Below, piece after piece: positions 50,995 through 59,751 of a stretch of 64,000 nt of DNA. The notes under the pieces were generated by a model. The model was given only the letters and a program-made list of their open reading frames with translations. It did no database searches and was not told where the DNA came from. How positions within the stretch are numbered: the first letter of the stretch is position 1; each line of letters starts with the position of its first letter. The DNA comes from Candidatus Thorarchaeota archaeon (GTDB lineage Archaea; Asgardarchaeota; Thorarchaeia; Thorarchaeales; Thorarchaeaceae): positions 192,001 through 256,000 of the forward strand of contig JAFGAR010000088.1 of the NCBI GenBank assembly GCA_016933575.1. Reading direction: 5' to 3'. The position numbers and the translations under genes are program-made.

Positions 50995-51975
50995 TTATTG
51001 TACCTCCTTGAGTAGGGATGCATAAGCCTCAGCAACAAGTTCAGCAATCTCTTGGGTCACAGTTGGATCATTATTTTTCCTAAGAGTTTCAGCTGCTACT
51101 TGTTGGCACCCACGTGCTAACATTCTGATATCGCGTGGGTTTCCTTTTGCTGCATCATTAATCACTTTGATTGCATCTTCACTGAATGGATAGACTTCAA
51201 AAGTATCAGGGTTGAAACTGTCTATCCTTCCTTGCGCATATGCAATTCTTCTACCAATGAACTCTCGTGCTTTCTCTGTACTAAGTGGTGGTACGTCAAG
51301 TGGCTCAGTACGATCAGCAATCTGTGGTAAGAATGATAACATAGCATTCCAATACATCGTAGTTCCAGACATGACCAATGTGACAATTGGTTCATCAAGA
51401 ACTTGAGACTTGCCATATGTATCAACCATTTCTTCCGTAGGCAAATCTGCTAGATAACGAAGTTTGTGAAATGCTGCTTCTTGATTATCTGCAACATCTT
51501 CAATGAATAATGCAGTCCTACTTTTTTCTTCGATATATCTTCTTAGACTTTCTTTTGCTACTGCATCAATTATTTGACTTGATTCCCATGATCTCTTGTA
51601 TTTCACTCTCAGTGAGTCTGCAATAGCTGCTGCCATTTGTTTCTCATAGAGTCCAGTCATTCCCACATATCCAGTGACGAATTTATTCCCTCGTCGATCT
51701 GCCAATGTAGGAAGGTCTCTTAGTGCCAAAAGCATTAGTGTACTCTTACCCGATCCGACTGGCCCCCTGATGAAAACATGCCTCTCGTTTGTGATTATCA
51801 AATCGACAATGGAATCCAAGAAGTTACTATCCTCGATATACAATCGGCTGTCAGGCATTTTGAAACCGCGAAATGGTGAAAACCTAGCACCAATTCTCTC
51901 TTCCCATGCTCGCAGGACTTCTTTACGAGTGTTAAAGTGTCGAATCAATGCACTTTCATGGATAGCAATCGTCAT
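50995..51975 (-). CDS. ExeA/TnsC-like AAA+ ATPase
   Basis: FSPF, GPVGSGKST, LFIED, LVMSG, IADR, PLS..FIGRRI, PFSEDAI..AKGNPRDI. Confidence 0.8.
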   Translation of the reverse strand: MTIAIHESALIRHFNTRKEVLRAWEERIGARFSPFRGFKMPDSRLYIEDSNFLDSIVDLIITNERHVFIRGPVGSGKSTLMLLALRDLPTLADRRGNKFVTGYVGMTGLYEKQMAAAIADSLRVKYKRSWESSQIIDAVAKESLRRYIEEKSRTALFIEDVADNQEAAFHKLRYLADLPTEEMVDTYGKSQVLDEPIVTLVMSGTTMYWNAMLSFLPQIADRTEPLDVPPLSTEKAREFIGRRIAYAQGRIDSFNPDTFEVYPFSEDAIKVINDAAKGNPRDIRMLARGCQQVAAETLRKNNDPTVTQEIAELVAEAYASLLKEVQ

Positions 51976-52196
51976 TTGCGTGGACCTCTATTCTCTGAAA
52001 TCATCGTATCACAAGTAGTGCTTGTAATACAATTTTTCATTTACGAATTCTGATATAAAAGGTGTGGTAAAAAGCTCCCGGAAGCGAATGATCGTTAAAG
52101 AACAGATTCTCCAATACGCAACCTTTTTGAATAGAATAAGATGGCAAGTACGCTGACCAACAAATTGGTCTTGAGCTCAACTAGGAGCTGTCTGAC

Positions 52197-52475
52197 ATGG
52201 ATATTGAACGTATTAAGCATATCATGAACTCTTTGATGATATTATCATTTCTCATATTCGGAGGACTATCTGCAATCATTCTGATTACAGATGTGCGTCT
52301 GAATAATGCAACTGTATCATTACCATTTGCTTTTCTGTTCATTTCCATGATCACATTCATTATTACAGGTCAGATTAACGATAAGCCTAAACTCGCACAG
52401 AAATATCTAAGAGATTGGCTCATCATCTGCACAATTGGAATAATTATCAGCAGTCTTGCGTTTACAATCTACTAA
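52197..52475 (+). CDS. Small three-TM membrane protein
   Basis: Three hydrophobic segments; AGGAG RBS. Confidence 0.7.
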   Translation: MDIERIKHIMNSLMILSFLIFGGLSAIILITDVRLNNATVSLPFAFLFISMITFIITGQINDKPKLAQKYLRDWLIICTIGIIISSLAFTIY

Positions 52476-52510
52476 GTTTCTCCTGCTTCTCAAGTATCGA
52501 AGTGATACAT

Positions 52511-53146
52511 ATGAGTAAGATTCTACCTGGTACAAAGACAACTCGGATGGAGCTTCTTGCTCTAAAGAATAGAATGAAGCTTGCTGAAAGAGGTCATGAT
52601 CTTCTTAGAGAGAAACGTGACTCATTGATAATGGAGTTCTTCAATGCCATAGCTGAAATCAAAGAAGCCCGAGAGAAGGTAGATTCAACTCTGTCTGATG
52701 CATTTTCTGCACTAACACAAGCAAAGATGGTTATGGGTCCTGCTAGAGTAATTGAGTTTGCCTATGCTAGTAAGTTCGAAGCTGATCTCAATATCGCTAC
52801 TAGATCTATGATGGGCGTAAGAGTTCCAGTTCTATCTGTTGAACAACGGAGTCCTGAATTGCCTTATTCTCTTTCAGACTCAAGTACCAAATTTGATGTA
52901 ATGGGTGAGAAATTTAAAGAAGCGCTAAAAGCAATAGTTCGTCTGGCAGAAATTGAATCAACAGTTAAACGCCTTGCCTTAGAAATTGAAAGGACGAAAA
53001 GACGTGTATCAGCTCTTGAAACAGTTGTTATCCCACGACTTGATGCAACAGTCCGTTTTGTAAAACTTGCTCTCGAAGAACGCGAACGCGAAGATTTCGT
53101 GCGACTCAAGATGGTTCGGGATTGGATAACTGCTGAGGAAGAATGA
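52511..53146 (+). CDS. atpD: A/V-type ATP synthase subunit D
   Basis: TRMELL, GHDLLREKRD, EIERTKRRVSALE, LEEREREDF. Confidence 0.95.
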   Translation: MSKILPGTKTTRMELLALKNRMKLAERGHDLLREKRDSLIMEFFNAIAEIKEAREKVDSTLSDAFSALTQAKMVMGPARVIEFAYASKFEADLNIATRSMMGVRVPVLSVEQRSPELPYSLSDSSTKFDVMGEKFKEALKAIVRLAEIESTVKRLALEIERTKRRVSALETVVIPRLDATVRFVKLALEEREREDFVRLKMVRDWITAEEE

Positions 53147-53182
53147 CGAAATGTATTACTAGTAATACAATATAGTTATGAC

Positions 53183-53581
53183 TCATTTAGTACGTAATTT
53201 TAGAATAGCTGCTGCTAAATCGCCTTCTGTTTCAATAAGAGCCTTTTTTGCAGTTTCAATATTAACACCTGTTTGACCTGCAACAAGAGCAGCATCTTCA
53301 ATTGGAATCTCAATCTCTTTGCTTAGTACTTCTTCTTCTGTACTTGGTGCAGCTATACTTTTTGTTGAACTCGATAATCCTCGTTCAGTCTTAGATCCAG
53401 ACACTTGATATGTTTCAATTCCAGCTTGTTTTACCATGGTCACTTGTGGCTTTGAAACCACCCACTCTTTATCCGCAAAACGAAATATCACCTCTTTGAC
53501 TCCTTCAAGATCTTTCTGCTCAATACCCATCTTTTTCATCATACGTTCAATTTGTTTAGGTGACATTCCTCTAAATCCCAT
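53183..53581 (-). CDS. nac: Nascent polypeptide-associated complex protein
   Basis: MMKKMGI, TYQV, C-terminal UBA-like GDLAAAILKL. Confidence 0.93.
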   Translation of the reverse strand: MGFRGMSPKQIERMMKKMGIEQKDLEGVKEVIFRFADKEWVVSKPQVTMVKQAGIETYQVSGSKTERGLSSSTKSIAAPSTEEEVLSKEIEIPIEDAALVAGQTGVNIETAKKALIETEGDLAAAILKLRTK

Positions 53582-53685
53582 ACAATCACATCTGTTGATA
53601 GATTCTAACTGCTGAATAGATTTCTATAAAATCTGTTACACATGTTGATGCTTTTATCTATGGATAAAATGATTACGCTTTGAAA

Positions 53686-54513
53686 TCATACCGGCTTGAC
53701 AGATATATCAAACACAACATGTTCTATTCCTGGTGAGTAATTCTTTATCTTTCGAGTATTGGTTAAGGACACAAATCCTCTCTGTAAACAGATTTCTGAA
53801 ATACTACTAATAATTGCACTTAGAGACTTATTTGGTAGAGCTAAGTGCATGTGAATAGTTCCCCCTTCTTCCACTAATGTGTCTAAGGCATATGGAAGAT
53901 ACGTTTCTGTATGATGAAGATAACCCATAACAACACGATTTGCACTGTGAGATGGATGAACTACTCGACAGTCCCCTAAAATAGCAGTCACCCTATCCTC
54001 AAGTCTATTCAGTCTTATATTTTCAACAAGATATCCATATGCTTCTGGGTTGAGTTCAATTGCAGTAACAGAAGCATATCCCCATTTAGCGATAGGAAGA
54101 GCAAATTGTCCCACACAGGAGAACATGTCAACTACTTTCTCACCTGCAGCAATACGCTTGTAGATGTTTATTCGTTCTTTTTTATTTCCACCAGAAAAAG
54201 TGATAGTGATAGGGTTGAATTTGTAAGAAATGCCATTCTCTACATGTATCGTAGTGGTATCATGATTTCCAGCAACTATCCTATAACTCGGTTTCCGTGT
54301 TTCCCCCTCAGTTGGTCCTGTTTGAATAGCCACTGTCTTTATTCTCTTGTCATATTTGAGAGTAGCCTCTCCAATCTTAGAATGATATTCTCTGAGTGTA
54401 GAATCCACATGTAATAGGGCAACATGTCCTACGACATGAAAACCTGAAGGGACGTTTGCATTTTCAGGCAAGCTATCCCTCAAATAAAATCTGAGGAATT
54501 CTTGATACCTCAT
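53686..54513 (-). CDS. Trm5/Taw2-family tRNA methyltransferase
   Basis: ENGISY, FSGGNKKER, DMFSCVGQF, ELNP, RVVMGY. Confidence 0.87.
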   Translation of the reverse strand: MRYQEFLRFYLRDSLPENANVPSGFHVVGHVALLHVDSTLREYHSKIGEATLKYDKRIKTVAIQTGPTEGETRKPSYRIVAGNHDTTTIHVENGISYKFNPITITFSGGNKKERINIYKRIAAGEKVVDMFSCVGQFALPIAKWGYASVTAIELNPEAYGYLVENIRLNRLEDRVTAILGDCRVVHPSHSANRVVMGYLHHTETYLPYALDTLVEEGGTIHMHLALPNKSLSAIISSISEICLQRGFVSLTNTRKIKNYSPGIEHVVFDISVKPV

Positions 54514-54543
54514 AGTTATCCCAATAATTACTAGAATCGAAGC

Positions 54544-55773
54544 CTAGCAGTACATACTGCTTGGAGCGTTGTCAGTTCCTCCGCGTTCTTGAACCTTTGA
54601 GATTGCCTTTTGAAAATCCTCTTGAGTCACACAAACACGTTTTTCCCGAATGGCAAACATACCCGCTTCAGTACAAATACTCTTGATATCTGCACCAGTT
54701 CTATCTTGAGTGATAGAAAGTAGTCTATCAAAATCAATTTTCTTCTCGATGTTCATTCCACGAGTATGAATCTTGAAAATCTCTCGTCTACTCGTTTCAT
54801 CTGGGAGTGGGAATTCAATTATTCTATCAAACCTCCCAGGTCTTAGTAGTGCTGGGTCTAGTATGTCCGGACGATTTGTTGCTCCTAGAACGGCAACTTG
54901 ACCACGAGCTTCGAATCCATCAAGTTCGCTAAGCAATTGCATTAATGTCCTCTGAACTTCTCTATCTCCTGATGTTGCAATATCGAGTCTATGAGACCCA
55001 ACCGCATCAAGTTCGTCAACGAAAATTATTGCTGGGGCTTTCTCTTTTGCTAGCATGAAAATTTCACGAACAAGTCTAGCCCCTTCACCGATAAACTTCT
55101 GAACAAGTTCTGATCCTATGACTCGAATGAATGTAGCATTTGTTTCATGTGCAACCGCTCTTGCACAGAGAGTTTTCCCTGTCCCAGGAAGTCCTGTCAG
55201 AAGTACTCCTTTTGGCGGTTCGATACCGACCTGTTCGAACAATTCTGGTTCAAGCAGAGGAAGCTCAACAGTTTCTCGAATCTCCTGAAGCTGATTCCTA
55301 AGTCCTCCTATATCAGTATAAGAAACATCAGGTGCGTCCTCAATCTCCATTGCTCTAATTAATGGATCTCGAGAAGGTGGAAGCTCTTGAGTGATCGCAA
55401 AAGAACGTTGATTCAGAGCCACAAGTGCACCAGGTTGCAACTTTTCCTGAGGAATAGATGATGCCACATGTACAACAAAATTTGGTCCAGTAGAGCTTTT
55501 GACTATGGCTCTTCCATCATCTAAGAGTTCGATGATGGTTGCTGTAATTAATGGAGATTGCCTTAGTTTTTCCAGCTCGGTTCTCAATGTCTGAGTTTCC
55601 TTCTCAAGCCTGCTACGTTCTGCTTGCAGAATTTGTTTTTCTGTTTCCAAGGCACGAAGTCTTCTTTCTAAGTGCCTGGTATAGCTCTGTGAGTAAGTGG
55701 AGTCGTCAACACTACCCTCGTCTTTTGCATCTGTAGTACCTGGCAAGAGATGGCACCTCAAGACCTCATCCAC
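54544..55773 (-). CDS. pan: Proteasome-activating nucleotidase
   Basis: Coiled coil + OB domain, [26 protein letters not shown]-terminal HbYX (MYC). Confidence 0.95.
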   Translation of the reverse strand: MDEVLRCHLLPGTTDAKDEGSVDDSTYSQSYTRHLERRLRALETEKQILQAERSRLEKETQTLRTELEKLRQSPLITATIIELLDDGRAIVKSSTGPNFVVHVASSIPQEKLQPGALVALNQRSFAITQELPPSRDPLIRAMEIEDAPDVSYTDIGGLRNQLQEIRETVELPLLEPELFEQVGIEPPKGVLLTGLPGTGKTLCARAVAHETNATFIRVIGSELVQKFIGEGARLVREIFMLAKEKAPAIIFVDELDAVGSHRLDIATSGDREVQRTLMQLLSELDGFEARGQVAVLGATNRPDILDPALLRPGRFDRIIEFPLPDETSRREIFKIHTRGMNIEKKIDFDRLLSITQDRTGADIKSICTEAGMFAIREKRVCVTQEDFQKAISKVQERGGTDNAPSSMYC

Positions 55774-55894
55774 TGATGAGGTTTTAAGGCTTGCTTTGAG
55801 GGTTTCAATTCAATTTTTGAAAACTACAGATATGTCTGCTCGATAATCTTTATCAATATCCATCAAGAATCAATCCTATAAGAGGGAATCAATT

Positions 55895-56497
55895 GTGCCT
55901 AGTTGTGAATTATGCGGTAGAAGTATGAAAGGTCAAGGTCGAAATGTTATAGTCGAAGGGGCTTCGATGCTTCTTTGTCCTCAATGTGCTTCTAAATTCG
56001 GACAACAAACAGATAGTACTTCTCAGCGAGCTGAATCCAAGCCGCGATATAGTCCTTCTTGGATGGGAGGATCAGAACGACAATCACTCTCAGAAATCAA
56101 ACCCCGTTCTTCAGCAACACCTCCCATGAAAGTCAAACCAAAACCGAAGCCTAGGAAACAAGCAACAGGAATTCTACTTGAGGATCTAGAACTCGTAGAG
56201 GACTATGCCAATGTCATTCGGACCGCACGACAGAAAAAAGAGATGAGTCAGGATGAGCTCGCTCAGAGAGTCGGAGAAAGTATCTCAACTCTGAAAGCAA
56301 TTGAAGCTGGACGTCAGAAACCAACTGAAAAAACAATCAGAGGCCTTGAAAGGGAGTTAGATATATCACTTCTTGAGCCACTTGGTACGGTTCCATTAAA
56401 AGTAAGCAAGTCACAATCCATTGCTGGACCGACATTGGGAGATCGTGTTATCGTTAAGAGAAAGAAATCTCAAAAGGCTCGTAAGGATGATACTTAG
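55895..56497 (+). CDS. mbf1: Multiprotein bridging factor aMBF1
   Basis: CELCG..CPQC zinc ribbon plus HTH and TLGD motif. Confidence 0.92.
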   Translation: MPSCELCGRSMKGQGRNVIVEGASMLLCPQCASKFGQQTDSTSQRAESKPRYSPSWMGGSERQSLSEIKPRSSATPPMKVKPKPKPRKQATGILLEDLELVEDYANVIRTARQKKEMSQDELAQRVGESISTLKAIEAGRQKPTEKTIRGLERELDISLLEPLGTVPLKVSKSQSIAGPTLGDRVIVKRKKSQKARKDDT

Positions 56498-56656
56498 CCT
56501 ATAATACAGGAGTTGAATAATTAACTTCCTAAGAATAGGTCTTATATAGAGTGCAGTAGTATATAGTAATAGAACATTCCAACTGCGGATCTTTTCGCTG
56601 TGAATTAAAATATCAGACAACTGACCAGTTACTACATGTCTAGGTGATTTCATCAA

Positions 56657-57178
56657 ATGGTACATACAAACTTCAATCATGATCTCTTTCGTCTTGTAGT
56701 TGAAGAGATTGCTGGAAAAGAGGGTGTTGATGTTTCTACTGTCTTAGTGAATGCAGAAGAAACGACAGATGAAGAAATCGCTACGAAGACTGACTTGAAG
56801 TTGAATATTGTTCGAAGAATTCTATACAAATTACATGACAATCATCTTGCATCATATAGGCGAATCCGTGATGTAAATACAGGATGGTTCCTCTATTATT
56901 GGCGTATAGACCCAAAGAAAGCCCAAGCACTGGTTAACAGAAAGAAGCGTATGGTTCTCAACCTGCTTGAACAACGACTTGAACATGAAACCAATAATGA
57001 TCTCTACTCATGTGTGAACCGTGATTCTTCTCCCGTTCCCTTTGAAGAAGCTATGAATCTATCTTTTCGATGCCCAACATGTAATGGTCAGCTTGAGTAT
57101 GTCGACAACACAAAGGCAATCTCCTTTCTTAGAAAACGAGTTGAAGAGCTCAAGGCTGACTTGGAAGCCACAACCTAA
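56657..57178 (+). CDS. tfe: Transcription factor E alpha
   Basis: TDEEIA, VRRILYKL, GWFLYYW, FEEAM..FRCPTC. Confidence 0.95.
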   Translation: MVHTNFNHDLFRLVVEEIAGKEGVDVSTVLVNAEETTDEEIATKTDLKLNIVRRILYKLHDNHLASYRRIRDVNTGWFLYYWRIDPKKAQALVNRKKRMVLNLLEQRLEHETNNDLYSCVNRDSSPVPFEEAMNLSFRCPTCNGQLEYVDNTKAISFLRKRVEELKADLEATT

Positions 57179-57243
57179 TTTTAACCAGACCAGCCCCTTT
57201 TTCTGCAAATAATACCAAATAGCTAACTCACAGAGGAGATTAA

Positions 57244-58014
57244 TTGAAGACTATAACGTTGTTTTCAAGGGTTTATGGCCAATATAGAAATCGAATGTCT
57301 GAAACGGTTAAATCCGGTATCCATGAACTGATTCAGGATTTAGATGCTGATTTGGTGCGATTTGATATCGATAAAAGAGGGCATATTTCTGTTGAACTCA
57401 AGGGTCAAGATGCAGAATTTGCCATCAATTTTCTAACTAATGAGTATGGCACATCTGTTCCTCTTGAGAATGTAAAAGAAGGCGATATTCTTAGAGGTTC
57501 ATTAGTGGATGTGGGAAAGGTTGGGTATGGTCTATATGCAGATATTGGTGTTGTGAGTAAGGTGCGAGTCGATGCTCTTATTCCCTTGCATCGAATCCGT
57601 AATCAGTTTCAAAGTAACAGACCTTTAAGAGCTCTAGCACAATCACTTATGCTTGTAGAAAACCTTCCAGTCGAAGTATCGATAATTGATATCGATAGAA
57701 ACATACACAAGATAGAAGCTGAGTTTGCACAGAGCACATTAGACCGTATCAAAGAATGGAGTCAAGACAATCACGAACGTCTCTTGGTCTTTGGCGCCAA
57801 TCAAAATATGATTGAGGATGCATTGAAGAAGTCTAGTCATCTGGATGATATCTACAAGATTCACGAACTTGGCAAATTTGAGTTCGCACTTGTATGTAAA
57901 CGAAGCACACGGGCATCTGGCATTATTGCAGCGATTGGTCCTAAACTAAGAGGAGTTCCAATGCACATTTTTATTCCAAAAGAAATCGGGGAAAATTTTG
58001 ATGGTCCGCCTTGA
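57244..58014 (+). CDS. DUF2110 family protein
   Basis: GKVGYGLYADIG; typical position after tfe. Confidence 0.75.
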   Translation: MKTITLFSRVYGQYRNRMSETVKSGIHELIQDLDADLVRFDIDKRGHISVELKGQDAEFAINFLTNEYGTSVPLENVKEGDILRGSLVDVGKVGYGLYADIGVVSKVRVDALIPLHRIRNQFQSNRPLRALAQSLMLVENLPVEVSIIDIDRNIHKIEAEFAQSTLDRIKEWSQDNHERLLVFGANQNMIEDALKKSSHLDDIYKIHELGKFEFALVCKRSTRASGIIAAIGPKLRGVPMHIFIPKEIGENFDGPP

Positions 58015-58678
58015 TGTGTGGTTAGTCGAAACCCGCCATTTTACATCGCGTCAAGCTGCGAAGAGAGCAATCAAGGATGGATATGTTATTGTAAACGGAG
58101 ATTGTTCGAAACCTTCCTACAAAATCACTGGAAAAGAATCGATTCAGATATTAGATAACTATCCTAACATGCCAATGGGATTTCATAAGCTCAAAGCGAT
58201 TGATGATTCAATGGAGGAAGATCTTGTTACACCTCCTTGTTTAGCTCTTGATATAGGAAGTTCTGTAGGAGGATTTCTTTCTTATCTGAGTCAAAAAGGT
58301 GCTCGAGTCATCGGTGTTGAGATATCAAATCGATTTGAAAAAGAGTTGAAGAATCTGGTGGAATCCAATTCTCTTGTTTCAGTTGTTTATGCAGATGCTT
58401 TTGAGATAGAACCAACTTCTTTAGTTGACAAAGATAGTCTTGACATTCTCCTTATTGATGTCACAACCGATCCCTCTGGAACACTTCACTTAATCTCAAA
58501 ATTCTCTCCTTTTCTGAAGAAGAATGGAACCCTAGTTTCCGCGTTCAAAATTGAAAACAAATCTGAGATTGTATTACAACTATTAACAAACGTGGAGAAC
58601 CTTGGATATTCAGACATAAGAAGTCTTCATCTTGAAGACACAAGACAAGAAGTACATATCATTGCAAGGCGAATGTAA
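57998..58678 (+). CDS. TlyA-like S4-domain RNA methyltransferase
   Basis: RLDVWL..SRQAAKRAI S4 domain; ALDIGSSVGGF. Confidence 0.85.
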   Translation: MMVRLDVWLVETRHFTSRQAAKRAIKDGYVIVNGDCSKPSYKITGKESIQILDNYPNMPMGFHKLKAIDDSMEEDLVTPPCLALDIGSSVGGFLSYLSQKGARVIGVEISNRFEKELKNLVESNSLVSVVYADAFEIEPTSLVDKDSLDILLIDVTTDPSGTLHLISKFSPFLKKNGTLVSAFKIENKSEIVLQLLTNVENLGYSDIRSLHLEDTRQEVHIIARRM

Positions 58679-58714
58679 ACAACTTTTTATTGGAAAGGCT
58701 AAAGCCTCTCTTTA

Positions 58715-58824
58715 GGGCCGCTAGTCTAGCCCGGCTATGATGTCTCGTTTACACCGAGAATTATACCGAGTTTAATACTAGGTATTCTCGAGGGTCGCTG
58801 GTTCAAATCCGGCGCGGCCCACCA
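58715..58824 (+). tRNA. tRNA-Val(TAC) with 32-nt intron at ~44/45 (58761-58792), CCA encoded
   Basis: GGGCCGC/GCGGCCC acceptor; TCTCG-TTTACAC-CGAGA arm; BHB with CGAG/CTCG central helix. Confidence 0.9.
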
Positions 58825-58909
58825 CTTTCTAGAGAAGCTCCATAAAATTCTAGAATAGGTTTTGGTACCTTCGAGATATACAGACTGGTCCAAATTGGCC
58901 GGGAGTTCT

Positions 58910-59062
58910 GCGGGAGTAGCCAAGCCCGGTCAAAGGCGGCGGACTTAAGATCACATGAAGATAAGGGGTCATGTAGAGAAGTCATCCGCTCTCGTAGGAG
59001 TCCGTGGGTTCGAATGAATCCAGAGGTATCCTCTGATTCCGACTAGCCCACCTCCCGCACCA
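58910..59062 (+). tRNA. tRNA-Leu(TAA) with two introns (37/38 at 58950-58983; T-loop ~59015-59045), CCA encoded
   Basis: GCGGGAG/CTCCCGC acceptor; GCGGA-CTTAAG..A-TCCGC; long variable arm; GTGGG-TTCGAA..CCCAC. Confidence 0.88.
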
Positions 59063-59123
59063 TTTTCCATATTGAGTTCGTATACCAACTTCTAAAAGCA
59101 CCCTAAACAGGCAAACCGATACA

Positions 59124-59687
59124 ATGCCAATTCAGACCCTATTGTCTTCCATAAGTCTAATCTTACTAATGGAGTTAGGTGACAAGACGATGCTTACTAC
59201 CATGTGTCTGAGTGCACAGTATCGTCGACCCAAACTAGTACTTTTTGCAACTATGACTGCACTTGCTGCATCTTCAATTATTGCTATAGTCATAGGATTC
59301 ATTCTCTCGTATACGCTTCCTGTCGAAGCCATTACTTATGTTTCTGGAATATTATTTCTTGGCTTGGGTATCCTTACTTTAGTAAATTCTAACTCAGAGG
59401 TTCCTGATACATGTGATAATCCTGGGACTCTTTTTGGCATGTTTTCATTAGTTCTATTATCTGAGCTTGGCGATAAGAGCCAAATCGCAATTCTCGCATT
59501 AGCTGCTCAATCGGCATTTCCGATTTTTGTTTTTCTCGGTTCGGTTATTGCATTTCTCATAATCAATTCAATTGGCGCCGCGACTGGATATCATATTGCA
59601 GAACGTATTCCCCTAAAAATAGTGAAAAGAGTTGTTGGAATTATCTTCATTCTTTTCGGACTACTTGTCGTTTTTGGAATTCTATAG
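59124..59687 (+). CDS. TMEM165/GDT1 (UPF0016) cation transporter
   Basis: Two ELGDK(T/S) motifs. Confidence 0.93.
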   Translation: MPIQTLLSSISLILLMELGDKTMLTTMCLSAQYRRPKLVLFATMTALAASSIIAIVIGFILSYTLPVEAITYVSGILFLGLGILTLVNSNSEVPDTCDNPGTLFGMFSLVLLSELGDKSQIAILALAAQSAFPIFVFLGSVIAFLIINSIGAATGYHIAERIPLKIVKRVVGIIFILFGLLVVFGIL

Positions 59688-59751
59688 TCAGTGACGAAGC
59701 CTTTATGACCGAGCTATTCCCGTTGAGCTCAAGCTCGAAGGTGAGGATACA

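Larger units (their letters stand above)
37810..53168. repeat. Dispersed array of tandem GTAWTAC-NN repeats (9-bp period, 2-3 units per site)
   Basis: Sites start at 37810, 40552, 41181, 43199, 43811, 44614, 45290, 45682, 46269, 46781, 47491, 47867, 48632, 49204, 50182, 50669, 52006, 53153. Confidence 0.85.

Noticed and set aside
50694-51975. ATPase + small gene as a Tn7/Mu/IS21-type transposon
   Set aside because: No transposase, terminal inverted repeats or target duplication visible; flanks are housekeeping genes.
52511-53146. Isolated atpD as an anomaly
   Set aside because: Split A/V-ATPase operons are common in TACK/Asgard archaea.
37810-53168. GTAWTAC repeats as a CRISPR array
   Set aside because: Units are 7-9 bp, dispersed over 15 kb, with no regular repeat-spacer structure and no cas operon.
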